Source: Nemertoderma westbladi
Taxonomy: Eukaryota > Animalia > Xenacoelomorpha
NCBI GenBank assembly: GCA_032718475.1
Contig: JAUCBJ010002120.1
Location: forward strand, 1 to 63,586
Reading direction: 5' to 3'
Length of the DNA: 63,586 nt
Position 1 is the first letter of the stretch; each line of letters begins with the position of its first letter. The position numbers and the translations under genes were made by a program. Below the pieces are notes generated by a model. It did not search any database, was not told the DNA's origin, and worked only from the letters and a program-made list of their open reading frames with translations. Positions 25,301-37,500 of this stretch are shown here, piece after piece.

Positions 25301-28300
25301 AAGTGTGGGAGATGTTTGATGAAGCAGTTCCTACTGATAACATTCTCTGTTCTATTCGTATGACTTTTAAGAAAATTCATTCTTTCGAGGATAAGGATGG
25401 CGATAAACTTGAACAATTCTCAAATGCATTACGGGTATATATTCGTCAATTGAAAGAACTTGGTTATGAACATATAACAAAGGAGGATATTTTCTTTGAT
25501 GAAGTGCAGTATAAATTACCAAGAGAAGTAATAATCGATTATAAAGCTGAATGTCGATTAAATGGTATAGGGAAATCTGCAGAAGGTCTGAGAAAGTTTG
25601 TCTCAAATTTGACGAATGAATATAAAAAGAAAAAGTTTAAAAAATGTGAAACAAAGAACAGCAATCCTACCTACTCAAAAGCCAATAATTACGGAAAAGG
25701 AATCAGAACAAATGCTGTTAGGGGTAGTATTGTTAGTAGTAGTTCTTCATCTGACTCTAATTCGAGAAAGAAATCAAGTGTTCATTCTGATTTCTTCTGT
25801 GATATTACTGGTTGCCCTGGTAACCATTTTATCTACAACTGCCCATTGTATCTGGCAATGTCAATTTCGGCCAGAAAAATATTCAATAAAGATAAAGACC
25901 GTTGCTATGGCTGTTTAGCAAAAGGTCACCGAGTTAGAGACTGTCCAATTAAAAAGCCATGTGATCAATGCAATAGAAACCATAATTCTCTTTTACACGA
26001 ACATAGAGAACCAAGAAGTCAAACAACTCAGCGACCTGTAGTTTCATCATCGTCATTAAATCCAACCGCTCAACCTTTTGGAAATTCTTTAAATGCTGTA
26101 TATAGTGCGAGTACGAGATTGCCAATCATAAAAGCTAAGATAAAAGCACGTAATGGTACTTGGTATACAGCTCTGTGTCTTCTAGATGGGGGATCAGACA
26201 CCTGCCTAGTAAGACGTGGGTTTGTTGAAAAACTTGGTCTTTGTGGTTACCCAGATGATTTATATTATGAGGTTGTTGGAGGACAATGTCGAAAGGAGAA
26301 AACTCATGGTTATGAATTAATTATTGCAAACTTGGAAGAGGAACCAAAAGCCAAAATTGAAGCATATGCTATCAGTCGAACATGTGGATCAGCCCTTCCT
26401 TTAGATAAAGACTTCTTCGAAAGAAATGTACACCTAAAATTTATCAGTGAGTACGTTGATAAAGAGGGTGGAATTGTTGATTTGCTTATTGGAAGAAGCG
26501 CGCAATCCTTGTTGAGGGAACATGGGAAAATTAATGGGTTAAATCCTAAAGAAGCTGATGGGATGGTATATTGTATGATCTCGGTTGGACTGTTGTTGGT
26601 GGTCGAGAATTAATGGAATCTACCTCAACTGTAAAATGTTCAACAATGAAACGTGTATCTAATGCTCATGTGAATATCAACCCTGAGGATGTCAATGATA
26701 AAGATATCCGTAAGATAATTGTTGGAGACCAAGTAGGAATTCGAGCAATACAATGTAAATGTACTGAACAAGAGATCGAAGAAGCTCGTTTTATTGAAAT
26801 CGCCATGGAAAATACCATTATAAATTCAGATAATCGTTTAGAAGTACCACTTCCATGGAAAGAAGGTTACCCTGAAAAGTTAGAAAATAATTATGATGAG
26901 GCATTTGCCTCAATGAAGGAGCAGGAACGTAGATTAAATCGAAATGGAGGATTGGAGTATTATAATAAAGCTATTCAGGAAATCATAGATTCAAAGTTTG
27001 CGCGGAAAGTTATTCCTGTACAAGGTGAAAAGGCATATTATTTGACACATCATGGTGTTTACAAGCCCGAAAGGGAAACTACAAAATTGAGAGTTGTTTT
27101 TAACTCAGCCAAGCGATTTAATGGAATAGCCTTAAATGATGTCCTTGAAAAGGGACCTGATTTAACTCGATCTTTATATTCGACTCTGATATCTTGGCGA
27201 GAAGATAAAGTTGCTGCAACTGGGGACATAAATAAAATGTTCAATAATGTTGCAATAAGAGAGGAGGATTGTAAATTTCAACGTTTTATGTGGCGAAATG
27301 GTGATGAAAAGTCAGATCCTAATGTTTATGAATGGGTCAGGGTTGCCTTTGGTAATAAACCCAGCCCTACGTTAAGCCAATAGTGGAGTTCAAAGACTAG
27401 CAACAGAGAATCGTGAGGAGCTTCCTTTAGCCTTTGAAGTTATCTATAAGTCAACTTATGTTGATGATGTTGGATTCTCTCGTCCAACTGGAGAAGTGAC
27501 AAAAGATACAATTGGACAAGTTGATACGCTGCTTAGTCGTGGGAGTTTCCAAATAAAGGAATGGAAAAGTAACTGCCGCGAAATTGAAGAGAAGGTAGCT
27601 CCTTCAGAGAAACAATTGGAATCGAATCTGATAAATAAAAATGTGTCTTCTTTAACTGAAACTCGTTCATCATTAGTGCTAGGTCACTACTGGAACCGAG
27701 ATGATGATACAATTGGATTAAAACTTGAAAAGCTTCCAACAATTCATAAAATTACAAAACGATCAATCCTTTCTTTTGTTGCTGGGATATGGGACCCTAT
27801 GGGAATATTTTCCCCATTGACAATATCACTTCGAATAGACTTACAAGATTTATGGGCTACTGGATGTGGTTGGGATGATTGTATTCAACGTGATGATATA
27901 CAACATTGGCGTATGGCATTCGAGCAGCTCCATCCTGTAACATCTATAAGAATAGATCGATGTTTGCGCCCAGAAGGAGTTGCTGAAGGACCTTATCTTC
28001 ATGGCTTTTCCGATGGAGGGGATTGTGCCTTTGGAACAGTTATATACCTCAGATGGAAGTTGAATGATGGCTCATTTGAAACTACCTTTGTTACAGCCAA
28101 GTCATTGGTCAAACCTTTACGGGGATGGACCATACCCCGCACTGAGCTAGTTGCTGCAGTGATAATGACACGAATAGTCAAAGCTATAGAAGATTCTTTG
28201 CGTGAAAGGATTATAGACATCACACTTTGGGTGGACAGTAAAGTGGTGCTTCATTGGGTGAGAAAACCAAGAGGAGCGTTCAAACCATTTGTTGAAGTTC

Positions 28301-31300
28301 GTATAGCCGAGATTCAAGAGGCTGTTGAACCGAACGTTTTCCGCTATATACGATCTAATGAGAATCCTGCTGATTGTTTAACTAAGAAGGGATTCAACAT
28401 ACAGTTATTAGAAGATTGGCATCATGGACCGAGTTTTCTTCGTGAAGATGAATCTACCTGGAAGTTCGAAAATGAGAAAATTAGAAATGAAATAGCTGAT
28501 GATAAGTTTGCTATACCATGTGAAATACGGAAACCGAAGAAACTGAAGAAGTCTAAATATAAACACCATAAATTATTTTCGGTAAAGAGTAGCTTTAATC
28601 CTGTTGGTGGTAAAGAAGCAGATAATTTAGTCCATGAAGAGCTCAAGGAAGTTTTGTATCTTGGTTCGAGGGAGAATAGCTGGAGAGATGCTATTGTTTC
28701 TATTTGTAATCGGTTTGGATTAGATAAAAATAGTCCTGCTGGAGCCGATATTGCTATGCGAATGGTTTTGCAGTCATTGCAGTTAGATGATTTTAGTAAT
28801 GCATCTTATAATGCTTGTAATCCTATATATAATGATGTTAATAAAGTTTGGAGACTTGGTAGTCGAATTGAAAAAGTGGAATCTCTACCGTTATTTGTTC
28901 GTTTCCCTGTGATTTTACCTCATATTGATGCTAAGTCTGCTGATCAATTTACACAAGATGAAATGAAGAGAACATGTATTCAGTTATTAGCTAAACACTA
29001 TCATGAAACGACTGCTCATGCCGGAGTACAAAGAACAAAAGCAGATTTAGAACATGATGGACTATGGCTTTGTAGTGTCCGTAGACTTTTAAAAACTATA
29101 AAGTACAAGTGTCAATATTGTCGAATACGAAACCGGCCCTTATTAACTCAGCAAATGGGAAATTTACCTGAATTTAGAATGCAGCCTTACACCAGACCTT
29201 TTCAAACTACTGCAGTTGATATCTTTGGCCCTTTGAAGGTGAAAATTAGTAGGAACTGCACTATGGATGGTCATGTAGCGATCTTTGCTTGTGCTGTGAC
29301 TAGGGCCATTCATTTGGAGTTATGTTATTGTATAGAGGGTGGTCAAGGTTTATCAGCTGAGAAATTCTTGCTCGCCTTTCGTCGATTTGGAACGCTACGT
29401 GGAACATTAGTAAATCGTAGTTTGAGTGATGAAGGTTCCAATTTTATTGGTGCTTCATCAGATATACAGAAGCTCATGAATGATTGGGATATACAATTGT
29501 TGCAACATGGACTCTTGGAACAAGGTTTTGAGTGGACCTGGAATATTCCAACAGCTAGTCATATGAATGGACTGGTAGAATCACTTATTAATCTAGTGCG
29601 TAAAGCATTAGATGCGACTTGTCAGTTATATGTACGTCAATTCTCCGCAGATGAATGGACTACATTTTTGTATGAAGCAACTTACCTTGTGAATAGTCGA
29701 CCATTGTTCCCTCAGAGATCTGATGATCCGAATGAGGATGAAGCGAATTTCGTTACACCAAATTCGATACTTTATGGTCATAATATTATTGTGCCTCAGC
29801 ATTTGCCCATTGATAAGTTGAACCCTCGAAATCGCTATGAATTGGTTCAGAATCGTATTCAATTGTTTTGGGAATCTTTCTTGAGATATATGCCACCTGA
29901 GTTAATGGAGCGGAAGAAGTGGTATCATTCTCGGGACAATCTGGAGATAGGAGACTTTGTAATAATACATCAAGCAGGGGTCAGGAAGGCCGCGCCTAGA
30001 GCTTTATGGGAGACTGGATATATTGTTCGTACATATCCAGGGACTGATAATAAAGTGAGGAAAGTTTGTGTCAAGACTCCTCGTGGAGAATATGATCGTC
30101 CTATTCACAAACTGTGTTTAATTGCGACCTCCAAGGAACTCAATGAAGATCGCATGTTACAATAATTCTTAGTGAGGGAACATTTGCTTTAAATTTGATT
30201 TTCGTTTAACTTGTGTTTAAAACTGAAAGTAAACTTAGATAATTTACTTTGTGTATCGTTGAATAGTAAATGATATATTCAACTGTTGGGGGAGTGAAAA
30301 GTAGTTACTGGAAGTAAAGCATAATTAGTCACCTTAGTTATTCAAAAACTGTTATTATTCTAGAATTTTATTGCTGTAATACTGTTGGTGAGACTATACT
30401 AAGTTTTGACATCAATGAACAACAATCAAATAATTATCATATTGGGTCTGTATTAATGCATCAAACTTTCGTTTTCAACTTTAATACAAACTATGTTGTT
30501 GTTATATGTACAAATCCAAAGATGGTCTCAGTTTAAACCGACAGTCAAATCAGCCTATTTATTATTAGTGCAGGCGACCACAACTACCGCAATGGTCACT
30601 GTAGTGTGTACATATTGGCTGGAAACGTCAGTACTTCTCAGTATCTATGCCAAGGCGTCCTAAACTACATTTTATAGTCTATAGATTAGGTCGCCTTGAT
30701 CTATTGTTTAGATTTGTGATGCTACATCGTATTCTATAATATTTCGTTGCAATGGCAACCACACATCATTATTATTAATATTATTAACAATAAATTAATA
30801 TTTAACTCACAACCAAATGTTCTATGAGTGAGTAGGATTTTTTATTTCGGCATCAATCTTTTCCCGCTACCGTATTTTACTTCACCAGTCGCACCGCGCC
30901 CAATAATTATTAGGCGTTTCCGAGATTTGTTTTAGGCGATTGAAAGGCGGACTTGCAAGGATTCCAGATCTGTAAAACTTCTGAATTCCGTTGATAATAA
31001 TTATCCAAGATATGAGCGTTCGAATTGGCCTATTTCTTTACAGTACCAACAAGACGCACCCGTCGTGAGTGTACAGTAGGCCACAATTCGGTGTTTTGGG
31101 AAGGTCGCATCATAGTAGTTCCATTTGTATTTTACAGAAAACGATCCGCACATTTTACAGAGGTGTAACCTCGCCAATTATTGGACTGGGGGCTATCAAT
31201 TTGATCGCATTTGGTGTTCATGGCAGCATTATGAAAATATATAATTTAGAATACAAGTTTCAACATCAAGCTTTAGTAGGGATGTTTGTTGGAGCGTTAC

Positions 31301-32353
31301 AGGTAAATAGTAAATTATTTTGTCGTTTATTATGAAAATTCCTTTAATATACAGTTCCAAAAACATTAGATAAATCTGCTAATTCAAGCAATTCCCAATG
31401 TATTTTTTACAATAGACTCCCGTATGCTCAGTGATGGAACTCACGAAAATAATGCTGCAGATTCAGGCTTCCCGCAACTCATCTGTAACATATCGGGGTT
31501 CCCGCAACTCATCTGTAACACATCGGGGTTCCATGGCTTGTTCCCGCAACTCATCTGTAACACATGGGGGTTCCATGGCTTGTTTTACAGAGATTAGAAA
31601 GAAACACGACCCTAGGTATACACGCACAAGTTTCATTGGTTGTATTATGAAGATGTGCGGGTGCGGGATGTTATTCAAGGTAAATTATCGTTAATTTCGA
31701 TAATATACCTACCGTCTACCGAACACAGAACGCATATAAATTGCTCTGAGTAGATACCGGTATGTTTTATTTATTACTGTAGATTCTAAAAGTAGTTTTA
31801 ACGCAGTAATTTAACGGGAATATTTCGGGATTTCGGAAAGCTAGGAAGCTAGCTGAGATTCGGACACCTTGCCCACCCTAATCTAATTTAGTTTGTTGTG
31901 GGATATTTGAGATTATTTCATCATTAGCGCTCCGTTCGTCATAAAAGCGCCTTCATTTTGCAGGGCCTATGCATAACTTGTGCTAGAGAAGTTCCTTCTT
32001 GGGGTCTATTCTTTGGCGGCTACTATTATGTGATAGATAAGCTAACCAATCAAGGACAAAGGACCCAATCCGGTCTAGTAACCCTATTGGCCGGGGCTAT
32101 AGCAGGAGTGCTGTCGGTTATCCCGGTCTATCCGCTAGACATCGTGAAGACTCGGTTACAACCAGATGGAATCCTGGATCCTCCGATATATAAAAACAGT
32201 TGGGATTGCACCAAATCCATCTACCGTAACGAAGGAATACGTGGATTCCGACGGGGAGTTCTCTTTGTTACCGTTCGGGCGGTTCCTATTAACGCTATCA
32301 CCTTTGGTGCTGTTTATTATACTCATTTATTTTATGCACAGTATTGTAAATAG
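22361..32353 (+). CDS. Mitochondrial carrier, SLC25A29/A45/A48-like (basic amino acid/acylcarnitine group), ~330 aa, 5 exons
   Basis: Exons 22361-22415, 22518-22636, 31138-31302, 31416-31679, 31964-32353 join in frame at GT-AG sites. Motifs FGAGFNGGCAGVLIGHPFDTIK, FYRGVTSPIIG..AIN.IAFGV, REVPSWGLFF, YPLDIVKTRLQ, RAVPINAITF. The exon 4 donor is the least certain junction. Confidence 0.85.
22694..23203. mobile_element. MITE in SLC25 intron 2, same terminal family as 12821-15901
   Basis: TA|CACCATCATGACCCGTAATATAGTGTCATTTTCTGATGACAC at left; GTGTCATCAGAAAATGACAC..ATGGGTCAT at right. Confidence 0.6.
23947..24201 (+). repeat. 5' LTR (255 bp)
   Basis: Direct repeat of 30295-30552; TG...CA ends. 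Confidence 0.95.
24202..24212 (+). promoter_or_regulatory. Putative non-tRNA primer-binding site, complementary to LTR 24052-24062
   Basis: GTCAAAACTTA directly abuts the LTR end and is the exact reverse complement of TAAGTTTTGAC inside the LTR; no TGG here. Confidence 0.6.
24301..30165 (+). pseudogene. Disrupted BEL/Pao gag-pol polyprotein
   Basis: Three Cys/His knuckles (CDITGCPGNHFIYNC, CYGCLAKGHRVRDC, CDQCNRNHNSLLH); protease LLDGGSD; RT KLRVVFNS, DINKMF, YVDD (27457-27468); RNase H LHGFSDG, PRTEL, WVDS, NPAD; integrase H..H/CQYC and D,D,E (VDIFGP, SDEGSNF, GLVESL). Lesions: stop 25174-25176, frameshifts at ~26575 and ~27374. Confidence 0.9.
30295..30552 (+). repeat. 3' LTR (258 bp)
   Basis: Direct repeat of 23947-24201, preceded by PPT and followed by TSD. 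Confidence 0.95.
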
Positions 32354-34574
32354 TTAATTCGTTATTCATATACTATTTTATATACAAAATATTTAATTTT
32401 CAATTTGTGTACATATATTCATTTTTTGGCTAATAGCAATTCATACATACGGTGGTACAAAAAACTAAACACAATAGAAAAGGTTACAGTTTTATTTTTG
32501 AAAGTAATCAACTGTTATTTGCGTCCAATTTCCCCTGGAGAGGGATGACTTTTTATTGCGTCCCCCCCCCCCCCCCTCCCCCCTATCTGACAAGCGCAAT
32601 TGTGAATATTTTGGTCCCGTTTCACCATGGCAACATGAGGCTAACTCCAAACACCACTTTCTATTTACGCTATGTAATTCTAACCTTGAACTTCCCCTTT
32701 AAACCGGCATCAGATAATTCGATAGAGTAGTTCATATAATCGGGTTACCACGGTAACTGTTCGAAATACGTCTTAATTTTTTACTTTAGTAGTTTATAAC
32801 GAACCTACCTATTAATAGGACAGGGTAGTTCTTGTCAAGAGTTGAGCCGTTAAAAAATACGATGTGGTTGTGTGTGTATAACCATCAAAACCGTCAAAAA
32901 CCGTGTATAACTGTCAAAAACTCAAGCATGTACGCAAAAATTTTAAAAGCAAACTCTACATGAATTTTGGTTGCGTAGAAGACTGTATATTTTTTGTGGC
33001 GTTTCAATCTCGCACAGAACGTCGCCAAAATTTGTTAGTCCGGCAAAAAAACGCACAAATTCGTCTAAAAGAGTATATTATTGGTTGCAGAATAATATGA
33101 TTCAACTAGAAAAGCCAGCAAGTTTCCATAGACCGTCCATAGACAAACGTAGTGTAGTTAGAGGTTCCTCCTCATTCATTATTATTAACCTATAAAACAG
33201 TTGAACGACACTGTGCCTAAAATTCAATCAGCAAGCCTCCCACCTAACATAGCAGTGAGTAACCTTATAGATATATATAGAGTTGGGGTGCTGGGAAGAG
33301 CTACCAGTTAGCGTGGTAATACATTATACAAACTAACAGTTGATGTTTGATTACTGTCTTGGATAGAGTGAGAGAATAATAAACTTGACAAGTAATATTT
33401 TTATCTGCAGTTTGGGCCTGTCCATTCAATAAATAGTAGTAGCTTACTAGGCCCTCACTAGGCCCTTGTCGTTACTTTACTGCCCAAAGTGGTGGGAATC
33501 TTTGAAAATGATGCTCCGGTACCGCAAGATCTTTAAAGACTTTTATCTCTGTTTCATGTTTTTTACATCAAATTCTGAGCCAAATTTGGTTTATTTTATT
33601 TTATACATTTATTTTTGTTTTTATATTTACATTTTTATATTTATCAGATTTATTTTATAGTCATTAAATTTTTGGGTATAAATAATAATTCTGGATATGA
33701 ATAGTTATTAATGGTGTGAGAACATGGAATTGGTGTTTCAGAAAAGTATATCAGTTAATTTGGTGCTGAATAATTTAATTTGGTGCTATCTAATTCGGGG
33801 TGGCCTCCTATTTATTAGTGGAAGTTACATTACATAGTCTTCGCATATAAACATTGTGAATGAATCAAGTTACATTTCTTTAATCTTTTTCTTAATCTGA
33901 CAGTTGGTGCGGTACAGTTGATGGTAACATTCAACCTAATTTGGGTTCCCCTGTTGCAGAAATGCAAGGCCAAGTAGGCCTACTGCAGATAATTGGTTAT
34001 TATTAGTATTGGAATAATATCAAATATCTGAGGATTATATTTTAGCACATTGGTGCCAACTCTAATGAAAATTTCAACATTGATCCTTGTATATTCTGTT
34101 GGCAGTGTAAATTATTTAATGGTTTGAAGTTATAGTTTATATTTATATACAAATAGTTGATCATCTATACGCATAGTTATTGTTTCTCTAATAAGACGGA
34201 TTATACAACATAAATTGGTCACATTCAGATGCAGTTACTGTCATTTGTTAAATACAGATTGATCTACGTTTATTAAACCATTCATTATGATGATGGTAGA
34301 GATAATTTTATGGGGAAATGTCTGTAGTTTTAACGCTTAGAGAATAGCACAGTGAGAGTTGACAGATAAATGATAAAAACTAAAAAAGGTAGGAAAAGCT
34401 TAGGAAAAGGGAAACGTAAATCTTCTAGTTATTCCTGAAACGACAGTTTGAAATCGGTTAAAAAGGTAATTTTGCGTAATAAATACCGAATTACTAAATA
34501 ATTTACAATTTAAATATATTTATTCAATAAACACTTCTGAACTTCTGAACTCTTGAAATATTTCGTTATATTTA

Positions 34575-37500
34575 ATGATGAGTCGGAGTTCACATTCTTT
34601 ACCAAAAACCGAAAGACGTAGCAGCAATCCCTTGCATAGAAGGGGATCCAATTTCAACGAGAGTTTGGAGACAGTAGCTGCAAGGAAGGAAAGATTTGTT
34701 GAAACATTCACAGATAAGCTACTTGAGCAACTGAAGAACATTCAGGAATCTGTCACACAGACTGCATCAGAGGCTATTGTTCATGGGTCCGTGTCAACTC
34801 GTGCTAATGTAGCTCTTCAGGTATGAAAGTATTATCCTACTAGTAAAATCATTAAAATGAACTGGAGACATGAAATGCAACTTAAAACTGACGTTTGAAA
34901 GTAGTAGACTAATGAGCAAAGACGTGTCAGGAAGGGGGCGGCGGTAGTTGGTAAGAGTTAACATCCGGTGTTGGTATGAGTTAACATCCGGTGTTGGTAA
35001 GAGTTAACATCCGGTGCTGGCAAGAGTTAACATCCGGTGTTGGTAAGAGTTAACATCCGGTGTTCGTAAGAGTTAACATCCGGTGTTGGTAAGAGTTAAT
35101 ATCCGGTGTTGGTAAGAGCGTAAGAGTTAACATTCGGTGTTGGTAAGAGTTAACATCCGGTGTTGGTAAGAGTTAACATCCGGTGTTGGTAAGAGTTAAC
35201 ATCCGGTGTTGTTAAGAGCGTAAGAGTTAACATTCGGTGTTGGTAAGAGTTAACATCCGGTGTTGGTAAGAGTTAACATCCGGTGTTGATAAGAGTTAAC
35301 ATCCGGTGTTGGTAAGAGTTAACACCCGGTGTTGGTAAGAGTTAACATCCGGTGTTGGTAAGAGTTAATATCCGGTGTTGGTTAGAGTTAACACCCGGTG
35401 GTGGTAAGAGTTAACATCCGGTGTTGGTAAGAGTTAACATCCGGTGTTGGTAAGAGTTAACATCCGGTGTTGGTAAGAGTTAACACCCGGTGTTGGTAAG
35501 AGTTAACATCCGGTGCTGGCAAGAGTTAACACCCGGTGTTGGTAAGAGTTAACATCCGGTGTTGGTAAGAGTTAACATCCGGTGTTGGTAAGAGTTAACT
35601 TCCGGTGTTGGTAAGAGTTAACATCCGGTGTTGGTAAGAGTTAACATCCGGTGTTGGCAAGAATTAACATCCGGTGTTGGTAAGAGTTAACATCCGGTGT
35701 TGGTAAGAATTAACATCCGGTGTTGGTAAGAGCGTAAGAGTTAACATTCGGTGTTGGTAAGAGTTAACATCCGGTGTTGGTAAGAGTTAACATCCGGTGT
35801 TGATAAGAGTTAACATCCGGTGTTGGTAAAAGCGTAAGAGTTAACATTCGGTGTTGGTAAGAGTTAACATCCGGTGTTGGTAAGAGTTAACATCCGGTGT
35901 TGGTAAGACTTAACACCCGGTGTTGGTAAGAGTTAACATCCGGTGTTGGTGAGAGTTAACATCCGGTGTTGGTTAGAGTTAACACCCGGTGGTGGTAAGA
36001 GTTAACATCCGGTGTTGGTAAGAGTTAACATCCGGTGTTGGTAAGAGTTAACATCCGGTGTTGGTAAGAGTTAACACCCGGTGTTGGTAAGAGTTAACAT
36101 CCGGTGATGGTAAGAGTTAACATCCGGTGTTGGTAAGAGTTAACATCCGGTGTTGGTAAGAGTTAACAGCCGATGTTGGTAAGAGTTAAGATCCGGTGTT
36201 GGCAAGAGTTAAGATCCGGTGTTGGTAAGAGTTAACATCCGGTGTTGGTAAGAGTTAACATCCGGTGTTGGTAAGAGTTAACAGCCGATGTTGGTAAGAG
36301 TTAAGATCCGGTGTTGGTAAGAGTTAACATCCGGTGTTGGTAAGAGTTAACATCCGGCGTTGGTAAGAGTTAACAGCCGATGTTGGTAAGAGTTAAGATC
36401 CGGTGTTGGTAAGAGTTAACATCCGGTGTTGGTAAGAGTTAACATCCGGTGTTGGTAAGAGTTAACATCCGGTGTTGGTAAGAGTTAACAGCCGATGTTG
36501 GTAAGAGTTAAGATCCGGTGTTGGTAAGAGTTAACATCCGGTGTTGGTAAGAGTTAACATCCGGTGTTGGTAAGAGTTAACAGCCGATGTTGGTAAGAGT
36601 TAACATCCGGTGATGGTAAGAGTTAACATCCGGTGTTGGTAAGAGTTAACATCCGGTGTTGGTAAGAGTTAACAGCCGATGTTGGTAAGAGTTAAGATCC
36701 GGTGTTGGTAAGAGTTAACATCCGGTGTTGGTAAGAGTTAACATCCGGTGTTGGTAAGAGTTAACACCCGGTGTTGGTAAGAGTTAACATCCGGTGATGG
36801 TAAGAGTTAACATCCGGTGTTGGTAAGAGTTAACATCCGGTGTTGGTAAGAGTTAACAGCCGATGTTGGTAAGAGTTAAGATCCGGTGTTGGTAAGAGTT
36901 AACATCCGGTGTTGGCAAGAATTAACATCCGGTGTTGGTAAGAGTTAACATCCGGTGTTGGTAAGAATTAACATCCGGTGTTGGTAAGAGCGTAAGAGTT
37001 AACATTCGGTGTTGGTAAGAGTTAACATCCGGTGTTGGTAAGAGTTAACATCCGGTGTTGATAAGAGTTAACATCCGGTGTTGGTAAAAGCGTAAGAGTT
37101 AACATTCGGTGTTGGTAAGGGTTAACATCCGGTGTTGGTAAGAGTTAACATCCGGTGTTGGTAAGACTTAACACCCGGTGTTGGTAAGAGTTAACATCCG
37201 GTGTTGGTAAGAGTTAACATCCGGTGTTGGTTAGAGTTAACACCCGGTGGTGGTAAGAGTTAACATCCGGTGTTGGTAAGAGTTAACATCCGGTGTTGGT
37301 AAGAGTTAACATCCGGTGTTGGTAAGAGTTAACACCCGGTGTTGGTAAGAGTTAACATCCGGTGATGGTAAGAGTTAACATCCGGTGTTGGTAAGAGTTA
37401 ACATCCGGTGTTGGTAAGAGTTAACAGCCGATGTTGGTAAGAGTTAAGATCCGGTGTTGGCAAGAGTTAAGATCCGGTGTTGGTAAGAGTTAACATCCGG

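Larger units (their letters stand above)
23947..30552 (+). mobile_element. Full-length BEL/Pao LTR retrotransposon
   Basis: TG...CA LTRs 23947-24201 and 30295-30552, identical except one 3-bp indel; 5-bp TSD GCCTA (23942-23946, 30553-30557); PPT GGGGGAG 30288-30294; domain order Gag-PR-RT-RH-IN. Confidence 0.95.

Noticed and set aside
26560-27400. Programmed ribosomal frameshifting in the BEL polyprotein
   Set aside because: The shifts fall after the protease and within RT, lack a slippery heptamer, and BEL elements normally have one ORF; mutation or error is more likely
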